A stretch of DNA of 64,000 nt. It comes from Basidiobolus meristosporus CBS 931.73. Its lineage: Eukaryota > Fungi > Basidiobolomycota. Position 1 is the stretch's first letter. Every line of letters starts with the position of its first letter. The position numbers were made by a program, and so were the translations under genes. Below, piece after piece: positions 23,432 to 36,400 of this stretch. The DNA is taken from assembly GCA_002104905.1 (NCBI GenBank), contig MCFE01000214.1, positions 63,081 through 127,080 of the forward strand, in the 5' to 3' direction. Under the pieces are notes generated by a model. The model did not search any database, had not been told where the DNA came from, and saw only the letters and a program-made list of their open reading frames with translations.

Positions 23432-25491
23432 AGACTTGTTCCGCTGGATAGTGCCACATAGTGCCAGCCTGTTTATAGTGCCGGATTGATCTGGCACTCT
23501 ACAGCACTATCTGGCACTATAATTTCTACCATGATGCCAGTGGTATGATACAGTTACTGGTAATTTTACTCAATCTTACTTATGTTGCTCAGAATAGTGC
23601 TTTCCTTGCTTTATTTACTCTTCGTAATGCTCCAGACACATTTCTCTCAGTGGATGTCTTCTTGTTTGAACATACTGTGCATTAATAGGTATCTTAACTA
23701 TTTTACCTATTCTGCTGTTTTCACCTATATATAACTTTCCTCTGTATCTACCTGCCAATATGCTGAATCTCTTCAGATATCCAAATGTGTGCTCTACCCT
23801 TACTCTGAAATGATTAAATATCTCATTGTAGAGCTTCTGCTTCCTGCTAAGCACACCATTCCTTGGCTTCCTATAAGCTGTAATACATCCTAATCTCTGA
23901 CAATCCTCTCCTATATAGGCCAAGTCTGCCATACATTTCTCCCCTCTACTGAATTCAGGATGATTCTCTACCCAGAGTGCTTTGTCATGCCTACTTCCAG
24001 CAAATGGCCCACTAAACCAGATGATGTTACCCTCAATGTCAGACAGTGCTTGAAACTTCACACAGTGTGCCTTGTACTTGCCAGAATAAAAGTGCCTCTG
24101 CCCTCTAGAAGGTGTGTTAATCCTCACTGGGAAGGCATCCAAAATACTCCTGATATGGAACCTGTTGCTGAACACTCTGGGATATGGAAGTCTATTGGAG
24201 CATCTGAACCTAGTATTCCAAGCTTGCTCTAAGTCATTCATACCCTCTGCAAGGTGGTTCTCCATTGCTGTCAGCTGGGAATGAAAGCTTCTAGAACTTT
24301 TGTTGCCATGGATGGTGGGATGAAACCTTGTAGGGCAATAGTTCTTGTAGTAGCAGAGAAGCTTAACAAGGGATCTCCTTGAGTAGATTGGGGTTGATGG
24401 TCCACAGTACTTGGTATAGATCTCCTCCAGTGTTTCAAAAGGAAATCCAGTGGTAGTGATGGGATTGATGAGAAAAGACCATTTAGATGAGTAAGTCATA
24501 TTAAAATTGAAGGATGATTGTATGGAGGCGGTTTGAATCAATTCGGCGCAATCTACGTTATTTATCTGATTTTTAACACATTATGGTTAAATCTCCATCA
24601 ATTGCCATGTATCCCCTCATTATGTCGCAAAAATCATCCACAAACAATGCCTTGGTACTTTTATTGATGCTTTAATCATAGGTCTATAAGCAAATAGGAA
24701 ATCTGCAATTGCTGTGATCTGATCCGTGTCAACGTGATCTGAGATGCATCATGCATAATATATGGAAAATTCAACAATCCTTTAGTTTTCATATATATTT
24801 CATATAAGACCAGATTGATGCCAATATACTGCTGTATAAGTATCCAAATCCATTGCTATGGTCCCCATACCAAGCCTCAACTCATCTTTAGTACAACCCA
24901 GACAAAACCCATCCCCCAGCTCACAAGTGCGGTCCGGACTGGAGAAGTCTATGTCGGATCCATTTGAGTTCTTGCCAAATGATTTTAGTATGGCCCAAGT
25001 GTCTATGATGAGCCTTCATACAGATATTTGGACACTACTGATTAATCTAGCAGAACTAGATACCTCAGAGAGTCAACAAAGATGGAAGAATTTGAGTAGA
25101 AAGCTGTGGCATGAGTTCTACATCAAGATGCCAGCCAATGTATGTAAAAAGATATATAACAAGACAAGTATTGAAATCAAGAATGAGCTGAGAGTGAGGG
25201 GATTTGACAAAGAAGCTGCGCAGGAACAATTTTGCACGCAATTTGCACAGTATGGGCCGGACGCGTCCATTCGTGCCTCAACTTTGGGAACCAAAGAGAT
25301 TTTGAATGAGTGTTTGCCTCAAATGACTAATGTACTATGTGATATATTAGTAGAGCTAAGTGGCTTCCAAGAGCAATATACACAGGACTCATCCAGGCAA
25401 CAGCTCCAAAGTATCAGACAGAAGGTAAATGAATACCTTGAGGAATCAGATGGTGAGCTTCAGGAGGAAGAATACAGACCACGAGCAACAT
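23432..25491. mobile_element. Second PHIS transposon copy, truncated in ORF2
   Basis: Colinear with 359-2420 from the left TIR. Homology stops at accacgagcaacatc, just before the CpG island. Confidence 0.9.
23615..24541 (-). CDS. DDE_Tnp_4-family transposase, copy 2
   Basis: Uninterrupted 308-aa ORF nearly identical to 542-1468 with the same DDE motifs. Confidence 0.88.
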   Translation of the reverse strand: MIQTASIQSSFNFNMTYSSKWSFLINPITTTGFPFETLEEIYTKYCGPSTPIYSRRSLVKLLCYYKNYCPTRFHPTIHGNKSSRSFHSQLTAMENHLAEGMNDLEQAWNTRFRCSNRLPYPRVFSNRFHIRSILDAFPVRINTPSRGQRHFYSGKYKAHCVKFQALSDIEGNIIWFSGPFAGSRHDKALWVENHPEFSRGEKCMADLAYIGEDCQRLGCITAYRKPRNGVLSRKQKLYNEIFNHFRVRVEHTFGYLKRFSILAGRYRGKLYIGENSRIGKIVKIPINAQYVQTRRHPLREMCLEHYEE

Positions 25492-25523
25492 CAGGAGCTC
25501 AAAGCCAAGCAGAATGGACTTGA
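24858..25523 (+). pseudogene. PHIS ORF2, copy 2 (N-terminal half only)
   Basis: Matches ORF2 of copy 1 up to EEEYRPRATS, then runs into unrelated sequence. Confidence 0.75.
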
Positions 25524-25639
25524 CTTGTTCCATAAGCATTATCCTTGAATTAAATGGGCAAATAGATCTTGGACTGGTATTGGTATGCTAGCAGAGTATC
25601 CTAAGAATACCAGAAACTATCAGAGGTAGCAGAACAAGG

Positions 25640-26540
25640 GTGCCATGGCTCAAAACCAGCAGGCAGATATGCAAGCTGCAGTTCTTGCCAATTAATGCCA
25701 CAAGCCTGGAACATACTGAATCTCATCATAGCCAAGAAGAATCACCAACAGAAAACAGCTGTTCTCATAAGAGTTGGAAGTGCAGCCAGTTGAGCTACAC
25801 TCCAGCAAGGTGAATTAGTGTGCTGAAAAGGGTAATTTGTCTACCACAGCATCCACATCCTTCATAATTGATAGAGTGGAGATCCCACTGACAGACAAGG
25901 CTTCAATGTCAAGAGCTCAAAAGACTATCACAATGCCTTCAGTGGAGTTTTGGAACATTAATAGGCACACCAAGAGGGTGCAGCACTTCTTCAAGAGCAG
26001 GGCTCAACAAAATGCACTCAAATATTGCAAGGATCTATTGCAAAGACTGGCAGATGAGGTGCTGGACCTTGCAGTGCCTGCTGAAGTCCAGGACATGTGG
26101 GACACAGTGAATAGACAGTGGCATAAAGTGGTTGGGTTCCCACTAAAGTTGTGGAATCAGAGCATTACAGCAGAAATACTTATTGGGTGGTAGATTTTAA
26201 TGGAGCTACTTGTTGAGTGTGGGGTTGGGCTTAATGTTAGTGTAGGGTATTGGGACTTGTATAGGTCAATAAAATTGACAATTGAGAGATAACTGAAGTT
26301 TAAACGGAAATAAATCAATTTATATACATGAAACGTAAGAGAAACAGTTGAGTCAGAAAGTTAAGAGTGTGTAACAAGGTAATAGCCAATCAATGCACAC
26401 AAATATTGGAGGTGATAGAGTGTCTGGGATCCAAAAGTGAGCAAATTGGTGGAGAACCAATCAAAAGCCACTTATACATTACTATGATGAAAAATTTTGA
26501 CCAAGTTTTCTGTGAAATATGGGGTGCAATTATATTTCAA
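25640..26540 (+). repeat. Family X relic (best-preserved reading frame)
   Basis: ORF 25837-26193 (IIDRVEIPLTDKA...LQRLADEVLDLAVPAE...W) is homologous to 6560-6900 (inverted) and 13330-13410. Confidence 0.6.
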
Positions 26541-27149
26541 CAGTCTGTGGATGGTGTCCTGACAGGATCAGTACCTCTTAGCTGTGCAACTTTAACTTTG
26601 TGACTGCCTTTCAATGGGATCATTACAATAATTTCTCATAGGGTGCTGCAATCCAAGACTAATGAAATTTTCCTCTGTGTCTGATTGTGTTAGGTACATA
26701 TCTTCCACATTAGTAATGATTACTTTATCATGCCACTGGCCAATTATCTCATAGACTTTCTGATCTGAGTTCTTCTGAAATACAATGTACCTACTTTTGA
26801 TTAGCTTCCAAGCTTTTCCTCCATACATTCAATAGACCTGTTGTACAGTTTATATACTGAAGAGTACAGTTATTGCAACAGAGCTGGTCCAGAACTTGCA
26901 ACCATCACAGAATCATGTAACATATATTTCTTGTCTAAGCTATTGTTCTTTTTGCATGTTCTGCTGCAGCATTTTGTGGTGAAGTGTATGGATCAGTGGC
27001 TTGCTGAAGTAACAAGTAGTTGGGCAGTGCTTTGCAACCTCCTTGAAACAGTATTCTCCTTCATGGTCTTATCAAGGCACCTTCAATTGTGCACTCAGCT
27101 TGTGTTTCTACTATGCTCCTGAAGTGCTTGAGCATTGCTGGGGGTTTGT

Positions 27150-27430
27150 TGTTTGCCTTTAAGAAATAAATCCAGGTATGTCTTTTTTGTGTAGTAAGCA
27201 TCATAAATATCTCTGGGCTATTAAGAACAGTGTTCTCATTGACTCACATATGTCTGAGTGCACAATAGCCAGTATTTTGGTGGTAATAATGCCACCTGAG
27301 CTCCTGAAGCTCTTTGTAGCTTGTTTGCCACATGTTCATTCCTTACAGACATTCAACTACTGTTGTACATTATCAGACCACTGTCTTGCAAACTCCACAG
27401 CCAAATGGGGTAGCATTCTAGGCAAATAGG
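27150..27430 (-). pseudogene. Highly decayed Copia integrase fragment
   Basis: The minus strand reads ...GIITTKILAIVHSDICESMRTL..., resembling the IVHSDICGPM zone. Confidence 0.35.
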
Positions 27431-28139
27431 ACAATAGCAGAGAGGGGAAGATGTAGGCTACATGATAAGGGAGTTGTCCATAGGCTTTGGGATGGATCTG
27501 TTGCTACCACAATACACATCAGGAATATATGCACAATGACAACTTTACCTGACTCTACACCCTTTGAAGTATATAATGGCAAAATATTGGATATTAGCAC
27601 CCCAGGATTGTTGCAAGTGATGTTCTCTATCAGATCCCCAACAAAAAATGATCAAAGTACAAATCGAAAACTAGAAAAAAGAACTTTCTTGGCTATTGTA
27701 AGTACATCAAAGGCTGCAGAGTGTTTGATGGAAAAATTCAGATGCTGATTAAGAGCAGGTATGTAGCATCTTAGGAGTAGTCCAATTACAAAGCTGTAAA
27801 TATTATTGGCCAGCTGCTTTATGATGCAGTTCCAACTAATGAACAAGATGTGACCATATTAAAACAGCATACTGAAGAAGATTTGCCTTATGAAGCAGTA
27901 TCAACTAATGAACAATATAGGACCATATTAAAACTGGATACCAAAGAAGACCTGCCATGTACAGATCAAAGCTGATTATCCCAGCTTGGAGATGTACCAC
28001 ATTAAGGAATGCCTTTGAATCTTGGTGGCAGGCATTCAATGACCATGATGATGACTATAATGACTAATGTTCCAAACCTCAGAGTCTGGAACAGATAATA
28101 CAGAGTACAGATGCATCTATGTGGCAACAAGCCATTACG

Positions 28140-28803
28140 TGTTACATGTCTTGATTCAAGGGTTGTCAATGAATAGGGAGCTTAGTTAGTATTGTATTTA
28201 CTAAAACTTGAACTGATTTTCTTGAGCTTCCAGCAGTCCCTTATATGAGTTTTGCCAGATCAATTGCTGACTAATTGTATTTCCTAATGTAGGTTGTGCC
28301 TTATGGCTCATCTGATTGCATCATCATCACCCAATAAGATCCTACTTAATGAACCTATTTCTGTCTGATAAGGATCTGCTGATTCATTTGCTGACTAATG
28401 ATACTGATTTGATAGATAACACTGATATACTGATAGGCTAAACATATAACTAACTGATTAGACTAAAAGCTGTTCTAACTTAAACATTCAAGCGGTAGAT
28501 CTTAACATTTTCCCCTACTAAGGTTGAGAGGGTTCTCCTTAATCACTTTTCCTTTGATACCAATATTGCAATGGTTCAGTATTGTTAACAAATCTTGTAA
28601 GCTTGGGTCTGCCTCTATGAACTAAGTCTTCCTAGATATTCCCTTCTTTGTCCACTAGTTGGTAAGTTGCAAGTGGGCATTCTTTGATGGTCTCAAAGGG
28701 TCTTGTTCATGATGGCACAACTTCTTCCAAATATTGTTTCTCAGCAATACTAAGTTCCTAACTGTCAATGCTTCTGGTGATATAGTCTTATCAGATATCT
28801 GCT
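28140..28803 (-). mobile_element. Older Gypsy 3' LTR (28140-28507) with PPT and a decayed integrase tail
   Basis: TGTTAC...TTAACA, 368 bp, homologous to 33052-33419. Followed by TTTTCCCCT (PPT reverse complement). 28600-28803 is a decayed duplicate of 28940-29150. Confidence 0.8.
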
Positions 28804-31800
28804 TGTAGGTTGTGGCTGATGACTCATTTGATTGCATCATCATCACACAATAAGATCCTACTTAATATATCTATTTCTGTCTGATAAGGATCTGCTGACA
28901 AATACCAATATCTTGATGGTTCAGTATTATCAGCAAGTCTTGCAAGCTTGAGTCTGTCCCTATGAACTAAGTCTTCCCGGATACTGCCTTGTTTGTCCAC
29001 CAGTTGGTAAGTTGCAAATGGACATTCTCTGATGATCTTGAATGGTCCTGTCCATTGTGGCTCAAACTTCTTCAAGTGTTGTTTCTTAGCAATACAAGTT
29101 CACAACTGTCAATGCTTCTGGTGCTATAGTCTTATCAAATCTCTGCTTCATCTTTTCTGCACTTTGAGATACTTTGGTCTGTGCCTCTTGACATCTTTGT
29201 TCCAGTTGCTGGTGTCTACTTGGCTGACTAAGTTCATCTTTTAAGGCATCTGTAAGCTTGGGTTGTGTGAGATCTCCTGGAATCCTTGGTTCACATCCAT
29301 AAACTAAGTAAAATGGTGATTGCTGGGTGGTGTTGTGTACTCTGACTCTGCATGCAAAGAGTGCTTGGTCTATATACTCATCCCATATACCAACAACTCC
29401 ATTTGCATACTTGGTCAGCATTTTTCCAAATAATCCATTAAACCGCTCAGTGACTCCATTAGTTCTGGGGTGATATGCCGAGGTTTTCAGGTGTCTGATC
29501 TGCTGCATTTCCAGGTAAGCCTCTAATGTCTTTGCCATAAAGTTTGCTCCTCTATCAGATAAGATCTCCACAGGGCATCCAAACTTCATCAGGATCTCAT
29601 GGTAAATGAAACTTGCAACTTCTTGTTCACTGGCTATTGGTACAGCTTTAGCAACTGGCCATTTAGTGGCATGGTCAATTGCTACTAGGATCCAACGGTT
29701 GCATTTCCTGGTAGTTGGCAGTCTTCCAATAAAGTCAATTCCCCATCGCTCAAATGGTCTTACAGGCTCCAAAGGGAAGAGTTCGGCAATTTTTTGTGGC
29801 TGGCCTTGATTGATTTGGCAGTTTGGGCATGTTTTTACTAGCTTCTCAATGTCTTGTTTCATTCTGGGCCACCATGCTCTGGCTTTCACAAGGCTATAGA
29901 TTCCTTCAATCCCAAGATGTCCGTATCCATTGTGTAGCTTATGTATTAAATCCTGGCAAGCAACATAAGGACTATAGGCAATAGGGCTTCCATCAACAAT
30001 TTGGTAGAGTGTTTTATCCTGTACAACAAATTTGCTGGCTTCATCACGGATTATATCCTTGATATCTTCATCCACCTCATTAGGAATGGCTTGGTCCTCC
30101 AAGTACTTTGGTAATAGGCTAGGCCAATCCGATTCATGCACCAAGTTGAGTTGTGCAACTTGATCTAATCTTGATAAGGCATCAGCAACCGTGTTGGTTT
30201 TTCAGGGCAGTAGACAATCTCCAGGTCAAATTGCTGAATGTATTCACTCCATCTTGTCATTCTTCTAGAGAGTACCTTCAGAGTAAATATATACTTGAGG
30301 GAGGCATGATCAGTCTTCACAGTGCATTTGACTCCTTCAATATAGTATCTCCATGTCTTCAAACAGTGTATTATAGCAAGCATCTCCTTCTCATGGACTG
30401 GATAGTTTTGTTCTGCTGAGTTCAGTTTCTTGGATTCAAAGGCAACAGGGTAGTCCTTTCCCTTGTGTTCTTGGCTCATCACTCCACCAATTGCATAATC
30501 TGAAGCATCTGTGCACAGAGTGAACTCTTTTCTGAAGTCTGGTATTCTTAGGCTTGGCAGCTTAGCAAGTTCATTCTTGAGCATCTGTAAGGCAGTCTCA
30601 CAAGCTATGTCCCACTTGTAGGTATTGTCTTTCTTGAGGATATCAGTTAAAGGGGCTGCAATACTTGCAAATGACTTGACAAATCTCCAATAATAGGAAA
30701 CCATTCCAAGGAAGGATCTGAGTTCTGATATGTTATGGGGCTGCTTCAAATTCTTGATTACTTCCACCTTCTTGGGGTCTAAGGTTACTCCTGTGCTAGT
30801 CACTATGTGTCCAAGGTACTCAACGTGTTCCTTGAAAAATTCACACTTGGCTAGCTTGCCATATAGCTTGTTCTCTCTTAGTTTCTTCATGACCTTTTCA
30901 ATGTGCACTACGTGATCCTCTTCTTTCTTGCTATATATCAGTATGTCATCCAGGTAGATTATCACAAACTTGTCTAAGTACTCCTGAAAGACAGTCTGCA
31001 TCAGCGTCATGAATGTTGCAGGGGTCTTAGTGAGGCCAACACTCATGACTAAGTACTTGTAATGTCCATATCTGGTCCTCAATGCTGTCTTAGGAATATC
31101 TTCTGGTTTCACCCTAATTTGGTTGTATCCTGACATGAGGTCAATCTTGCTGAAAATAGTGGCTCCATTAAGTTGGTCCAAAAGCTCATCAATCCAAGGT
31201 ATGGGGTACTTATTCTTGACAGTAACTGAGTTCAGGGCTCTGTAGTCAATGCACGTCCTAAGTGTTCCATCCTTCTTTTTCACAAAAAGCACTGGTGCTC
31301 CCCAGGGTGACTTGCTGGGCCTGATGTATCCTTGCTCCAATAGCTGATCAATTTGTCTCTTCATTTCCTCCAATTCCAATGGACTCATTCTGTAAGGTGT
31401 CTTGCTCACTGGAGGGCTATCTCCTGTGTCAATGGCATGATCCACATCTCTGACTGGTGGTAGGCTTACAAGCTCATCTGGAAACACATCTGAATATTTC
31501 TTCAAGAGAGTCTGGACCTGCTGGGGTGCTGGGGTAGAGGAATCCTCCTGTAATACCACCATGAGGAACATCTTGGTACCTTTTCTAAGTGCTCTACAGA
31601 ACTGGGTCTTGCTAAGTTCACTTGTCTCACACATACTGGAATTGGCCAAGTTGAAATCCAGCCTGGCAGGTGATAGCTCATAGGTCTTGTTGTCTTTTTG
31701 GATCTGAGTAGCATGGGTTCTCCAGTTGATTGATGGATTACAACAAGATAGCCAGGTTTTTCCAAGTGCAAGGTCAAACTTGCAGTTCCCAAACATATAA

Positions 31801-33419
31801 GCCTTTAGGTCTTCTTCATAGTCATTGATCTTCATTCTTACTGGCTGGGTAATACGGTTGATTATGTGAGAGTTCCCATCAGCTGTGGAGACTGAAGTTG
31901 ATGTGGTAGGTTCTGAGTTGATTCCAGCTTTCAAGGCAAATTGTTCCGACATGTACTCATGCAATGCTCCTGAGTCAATCATGATCTTGGCAGGTACTCC
32001 ATTGATTACTCCATACAAGTATAATAGCTTTCCTGAGTTTGAGGTCATCTGGGATAGGTATTCTTCTGTCATGTGGAAGGTGAGTTCTGAGTCTTCTTCA
32101 AGCTCATCCTTCAGGTTACTATGCTCCATGGCCTCAATACAGTTAAAGGTTCTTGATGGCTGGTGTCCATTTCTTCTCTGAGGGCAGTACTTTGCAATAT
32201 GTCCCTGCTGGTGGCAATTGAAGCAACGTCCTTTCTTCTTACATTCCTCTGAGGTAGGATGCTTCTGCATAGCATCTATTTCCATTGGTACTGCTTTTGA
32301 CTGTCTTCTTTCATATTGATTGTAGCTTTTCTGATTAGTCACTGTAGGCTTCCCAACTCCAAACATAGCTGAGTCATAGTCAATGGCAATCTTGATGGCT
32401 TCTTCAATAGTCTGAGGTCTTCAATAATTCACTTCCTTGCAAGTTCTTTCTTTCAACCCATCAATAAAGTATTCAACTTGATCCAGGGGGTCCATTCTTT
32501 CACTTTGTTGAAGTAGACATCTGTACTCATAGATGTATTCTTGAACCATTCCTTGCTGTCTGAGTGTCTTTAACTTCCTTCTTTGTAGTGTCTGCTGGTG
32601 TGGAGGTTCAAAAGCATCCTGAATTTCTGACACAAACTCATCCCCGGTAGAGATTTTAGAGCATCCCATCACAGTGGCCGACCTGATCTTGTTGTGGTAC
32701 CCCTGTAAAGCTGCATCTGCCAGGTAAGAAGCTGCATAATGCAACTTGCTTTCTGGAGCAATTCCTTTAGCTTTAAAAGCTTCTTCAATCTGGAAAAGCC
32801 AAGTTCCCAGGTTTTCATTGACTCTGCCATGGTACTGGTTGACCTTCACATTAAAGTTGCTCTTGACAGGGCTTTGCTGGCTCTGAGCCATGGTTGTCAT
32901 TCCTTGTTGCTGTTGGCTGAGAATCTGGAGTAACTGTTGCTGTTGGGCCAGGATTTGCTGCATGGCATTCTTCCATTCTTGATTGTCCAACATCTTGAGG
33001 GTGGTTTCTTCTTTCTTCAGGAGGGAGGTTTCTGGTTATTGCTGCTACCAATGTTACAAGTCTTGGTATAAGAGTTGTAGAGGAATAGGGAGTTTAGCTA
33101 GTATTGTATTCACTAAAACTTGAACTGATTTTTATTCAGGTTCCAGCAGCTCCTTATATACATTTTGCCAGATCAATTGCTGACTAATTGTATTTCCTAA
33201 TGTAGGTTGTGGCTGATGACTCATTTGATTGCATCATCATCACCCAATAAGAACCTACTTAATATATCTATTTCCGTCTGATAAGGATCTGCTGATTCAT
33301 TTGCTGACTAATGCTACTGATTTCATAGGTAATACTGATATACAGATAACCTAAACATATACTAATTGATTTGACTAAAAGCTGATCTAACTTAAACATT
33401 TGAGCGGCAGATCATAACA
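28804..33419 (-). mobile_element. Ty3/Gypsy retrotransposon (younger), 3' LTR mostly deleted
   Basis: 5' LTR at 33052-33419, PBS TGGTAGCAGC (33041-33050, minus strand). Only LTR fragment 28804-28898 remains at the 3' end. Confidence 0.92.
28824..32993 (-). pseudogene. Gypsy gag-pol (capsid, CCHC, protease, RT, RNase H, integrase) with one stop and two frameshifts
   Basis: LGTWLFQIEEAF; CFNCHQQGHIAKYC; MIDSGA; SPWGAPVLFV, YLDD; TDAS; HNGYGHLG, GIDFIG, SDRG, TERFN; KFEPQWTGPF. No chromodomain seen. Confidence 0.93.
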
Positions 33420-36400
33420 TAGTTGGCTAACTGAGCTTATCTTCAAAGGCATCTTCAAGCTTTAGCTGTGTGAGATCTGCTGGAATCCTTGGCTGACATC
33501 CATACACCAAGTAAAATGGCAATTGCCGGGTAGTGTTGTGTACTCTAACTCTGCATGTAAAAGTGCCTGGTCTATTTATCCCATCTACTGACAGCTACAG
33601 TTGCATACTTGGTCAGCATCTCTTGAAGTACTACATTAAACCACTCAGAGACCCCATTAGTTCTAGGGTGATATGCTGAGGTTTTCAGATGATTGATCTG
33701 CTGCATTTCCAGTTAAGCTTCTAATGTATTTGCAATAAAGTTTGCTCCTCTATTAGATACAATCTCTACAGGACTAACTTTATAAGGTTCTCATGGTAGA
33801 TGAAACTTGAACTTCTTGGTCACTGGCCATTTGGTATCATGGAGTTTGCTAATAGGATCCAACAGTTGCATTCCCTGGTGGTTGGCAGTCTTCCAATAAT
33901 GTCAATTCCCCATCTTTCAAGCAGTCTTACAGGCTCTAAGGGAAAGAATTTGGCAATTCCCTACAGTTAGCATTGGTCAATTTGGCAATTTGGGCATGTT
34001 TCCACTAGCATCCCAATGTCTTGTTTCATTTTGGGCCACCCTGCACTGGCCTTCACCAGGCTATAGATTTCTTCAATTCCAAGATGGACATATTTATTGT
34101 GCATCTTATGTACTGAATCCAGGCAAGCAACATAAGGGCAATAGGCAATAGGGCTTCCAGCAACAACTTGGTATAGTGTTTCATCCCATACTACAAGCAT
34201 GCTGGCTTCATCTTAGATTATCATCTGGATCTCTTCATCCATCTCATCAGGAATGGCTTGGACCTCCAAGTACTTTGATAATAAGCTAGGCCAATCTGAT
34301 TCATGCACCAAGTTGAGTAGTGATATTTGCTCTAGTCTTGATAAGGCATCAGCAACCATGTTGTTTTTCCCAGTGCAGTAGACAATTGGCAAGTCAAATT
34401 GCTCAGTGTAATCTCTCTATCTTGTCATTCTTCTGGAGAGTACCTTCTGAGTAAATATATACTTGAGTGAGGAGTGATCTGACTTCACAGTGCACTTGAC
34501 TCCTTCAATGCAGCATCTCCAGGTCTTCAAGCAGTGTATTAGAGTAAGCATCTCATTCTAATGCACTGGATAGTTTTGTTGTGCTGAGTTCAGCATTTTG
34601 GATTCAAAAGCCACTGGGTAGTCCTTTTCCTCATGTTATTGACTTGGTGCTCCCCCAATTGCATAATCTGAAGCATCTGTCCTTAGAGTAAACTCTTATC
34701 CATAATCTGGTATTCTTAAGCTTGGCAGCTTAGCAAGTTCATTCATAAGTATTGGAAAGGCGGTCTCACAAGCTATGTTCAACTTCAAGTTGTTGTAATG
34801 CTGGCAAAGGACTTGCCAAATCATTAATAGAAGGAAACCATTCCAAGGAATGATCAGAGTTTGAATATGCTATTGGGCTGCTTCAGATCCCTGATGACTT
34901 CAACCTTATTAGGGCCTAAGGTCCCTCCTGTGCTAGTTACTATGCGTCCCAGGTACTCAACATGCTCCTTCTAGAATTCACACTTTGCTAGCTTGCAAAA
35001 TCGATTGTTCTCTCTCAACTTCTTCAAAATCTTTTCTATATGGACCAAGTGGTCCACCTCTGTCTTACTGTACATCAATATGTCATCTAGGTTGATTACC
35101 ACAAATTTGTCCAAGTACTCCTGAAATACAGCTTGCATCAAGGTCATGATTTTTGCAGGGGCAGTGGTGAGGCCAAAACTCATAAATAGGTACCCATAAT
35201 ATCCATATCTGGGCCTGAATGCTGTCTCAGGGATGTCTTCTGGTTTCATCATAGTCTGGTTGTATCATGGCATGAGGTCAATCTTGCTAAATATGATGGC
35301 TCCATTGAGTTGGTCCAAAAGCGCATCAATCCAAAGCATGAAGTATTTAGCTCATCCAACTCCAATGGACTCATCCTGCAAGGTGTCTTGCTCACTAGAT
35401 GGCTATCTCCTATGTCAATGGCATGATCCATGTCTCTGGCAGGTGGTAGGCTTACACATATATACAGAATAACATCTGAATGTCCTTCAGAATATTCCTG
35501 TAATATTGCCATCAGGAATATCTGGGTACCTTATTATGTGCTCTACAGAGCTGTGTCTTGTTAAGGTCACTTAATTAACACACACTGGAATTGACCAAGT
35601 TGAAATCCACTCTGGCAGGTAAGAGCTCATCAGACTGGCTATCTTTTTGAATATAGGTGGATGGATTGACAGAATAGCCATGCTTTTCCAAGTACAAGGT
35701 CAAACATACAGTTCCTCAAGACTTGGGCTTGTAGGTCTGCTTCATAGTCATTGATCTACATTCTAACTGGCTGAGTACAATGGTTGATTAAATGAGAGTT
35801 TGCATCAGCTGTTGAGACTGAAGTTAATATGGTGGATTCCAGGTTAATTTAAGCTTTCAAGGAAAGTTGCCGTGACATGTACTTATGTGATGCTCCTGAG
35901 TGAATCATAATCTTGGCAGGTACTCCATTGATTACTCCAATCAAGTATAATGGCTTTCCTGTGCTTAAGGTCATTTGGGATAAGTGTACTTCTATCTTAT
36001 GAGAAATGAGCACTGTTCTTCTTCATGTTACTATGCACAACAGCTTCAAAGAGGTTGCAGGTACTTGTTGACTGGTGCCCATTTCTTGCCTGAGAGCGGT
36101 TTTTTGCAATACACCCCTACTGGTGGCAATTGAAGCAAAGTATTTTCTTCTGACAATTTTTTGAAGTGGGATTCTCCTCCCAGAATCTACTACTGTCAGC
36201 ACTGCCTGTGATGGTCTTCTTCATGTGATTATAGCCTCTCTTATCAGCTATTATGGATCTGCCAGCTTCAAACAAAGCTGAGTCATTGTTGATGGCAATT
36301 TTGATTGCTTCTCCAATAGTCTGTGCTCTCTAATAAATCTCCTTTTTGCATGTTCCTTCTTCCAGCCCATTTATAGAGTAGTCAACTTACTATTGCAATT

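Noticed and set aside
25521-25533. GACTTGTTCCAT as another PHIS TIR
   Set aside because: The first base differs and the similarity stops after 12 bp. Probably chance.
28824-29075. Chromodomain at the Gypsy integrase C-terminus
   Set aside because: The tail is a GPF/SH3-like segment ending shortly after RLKLA, with no chromodomain aromatic pattern.
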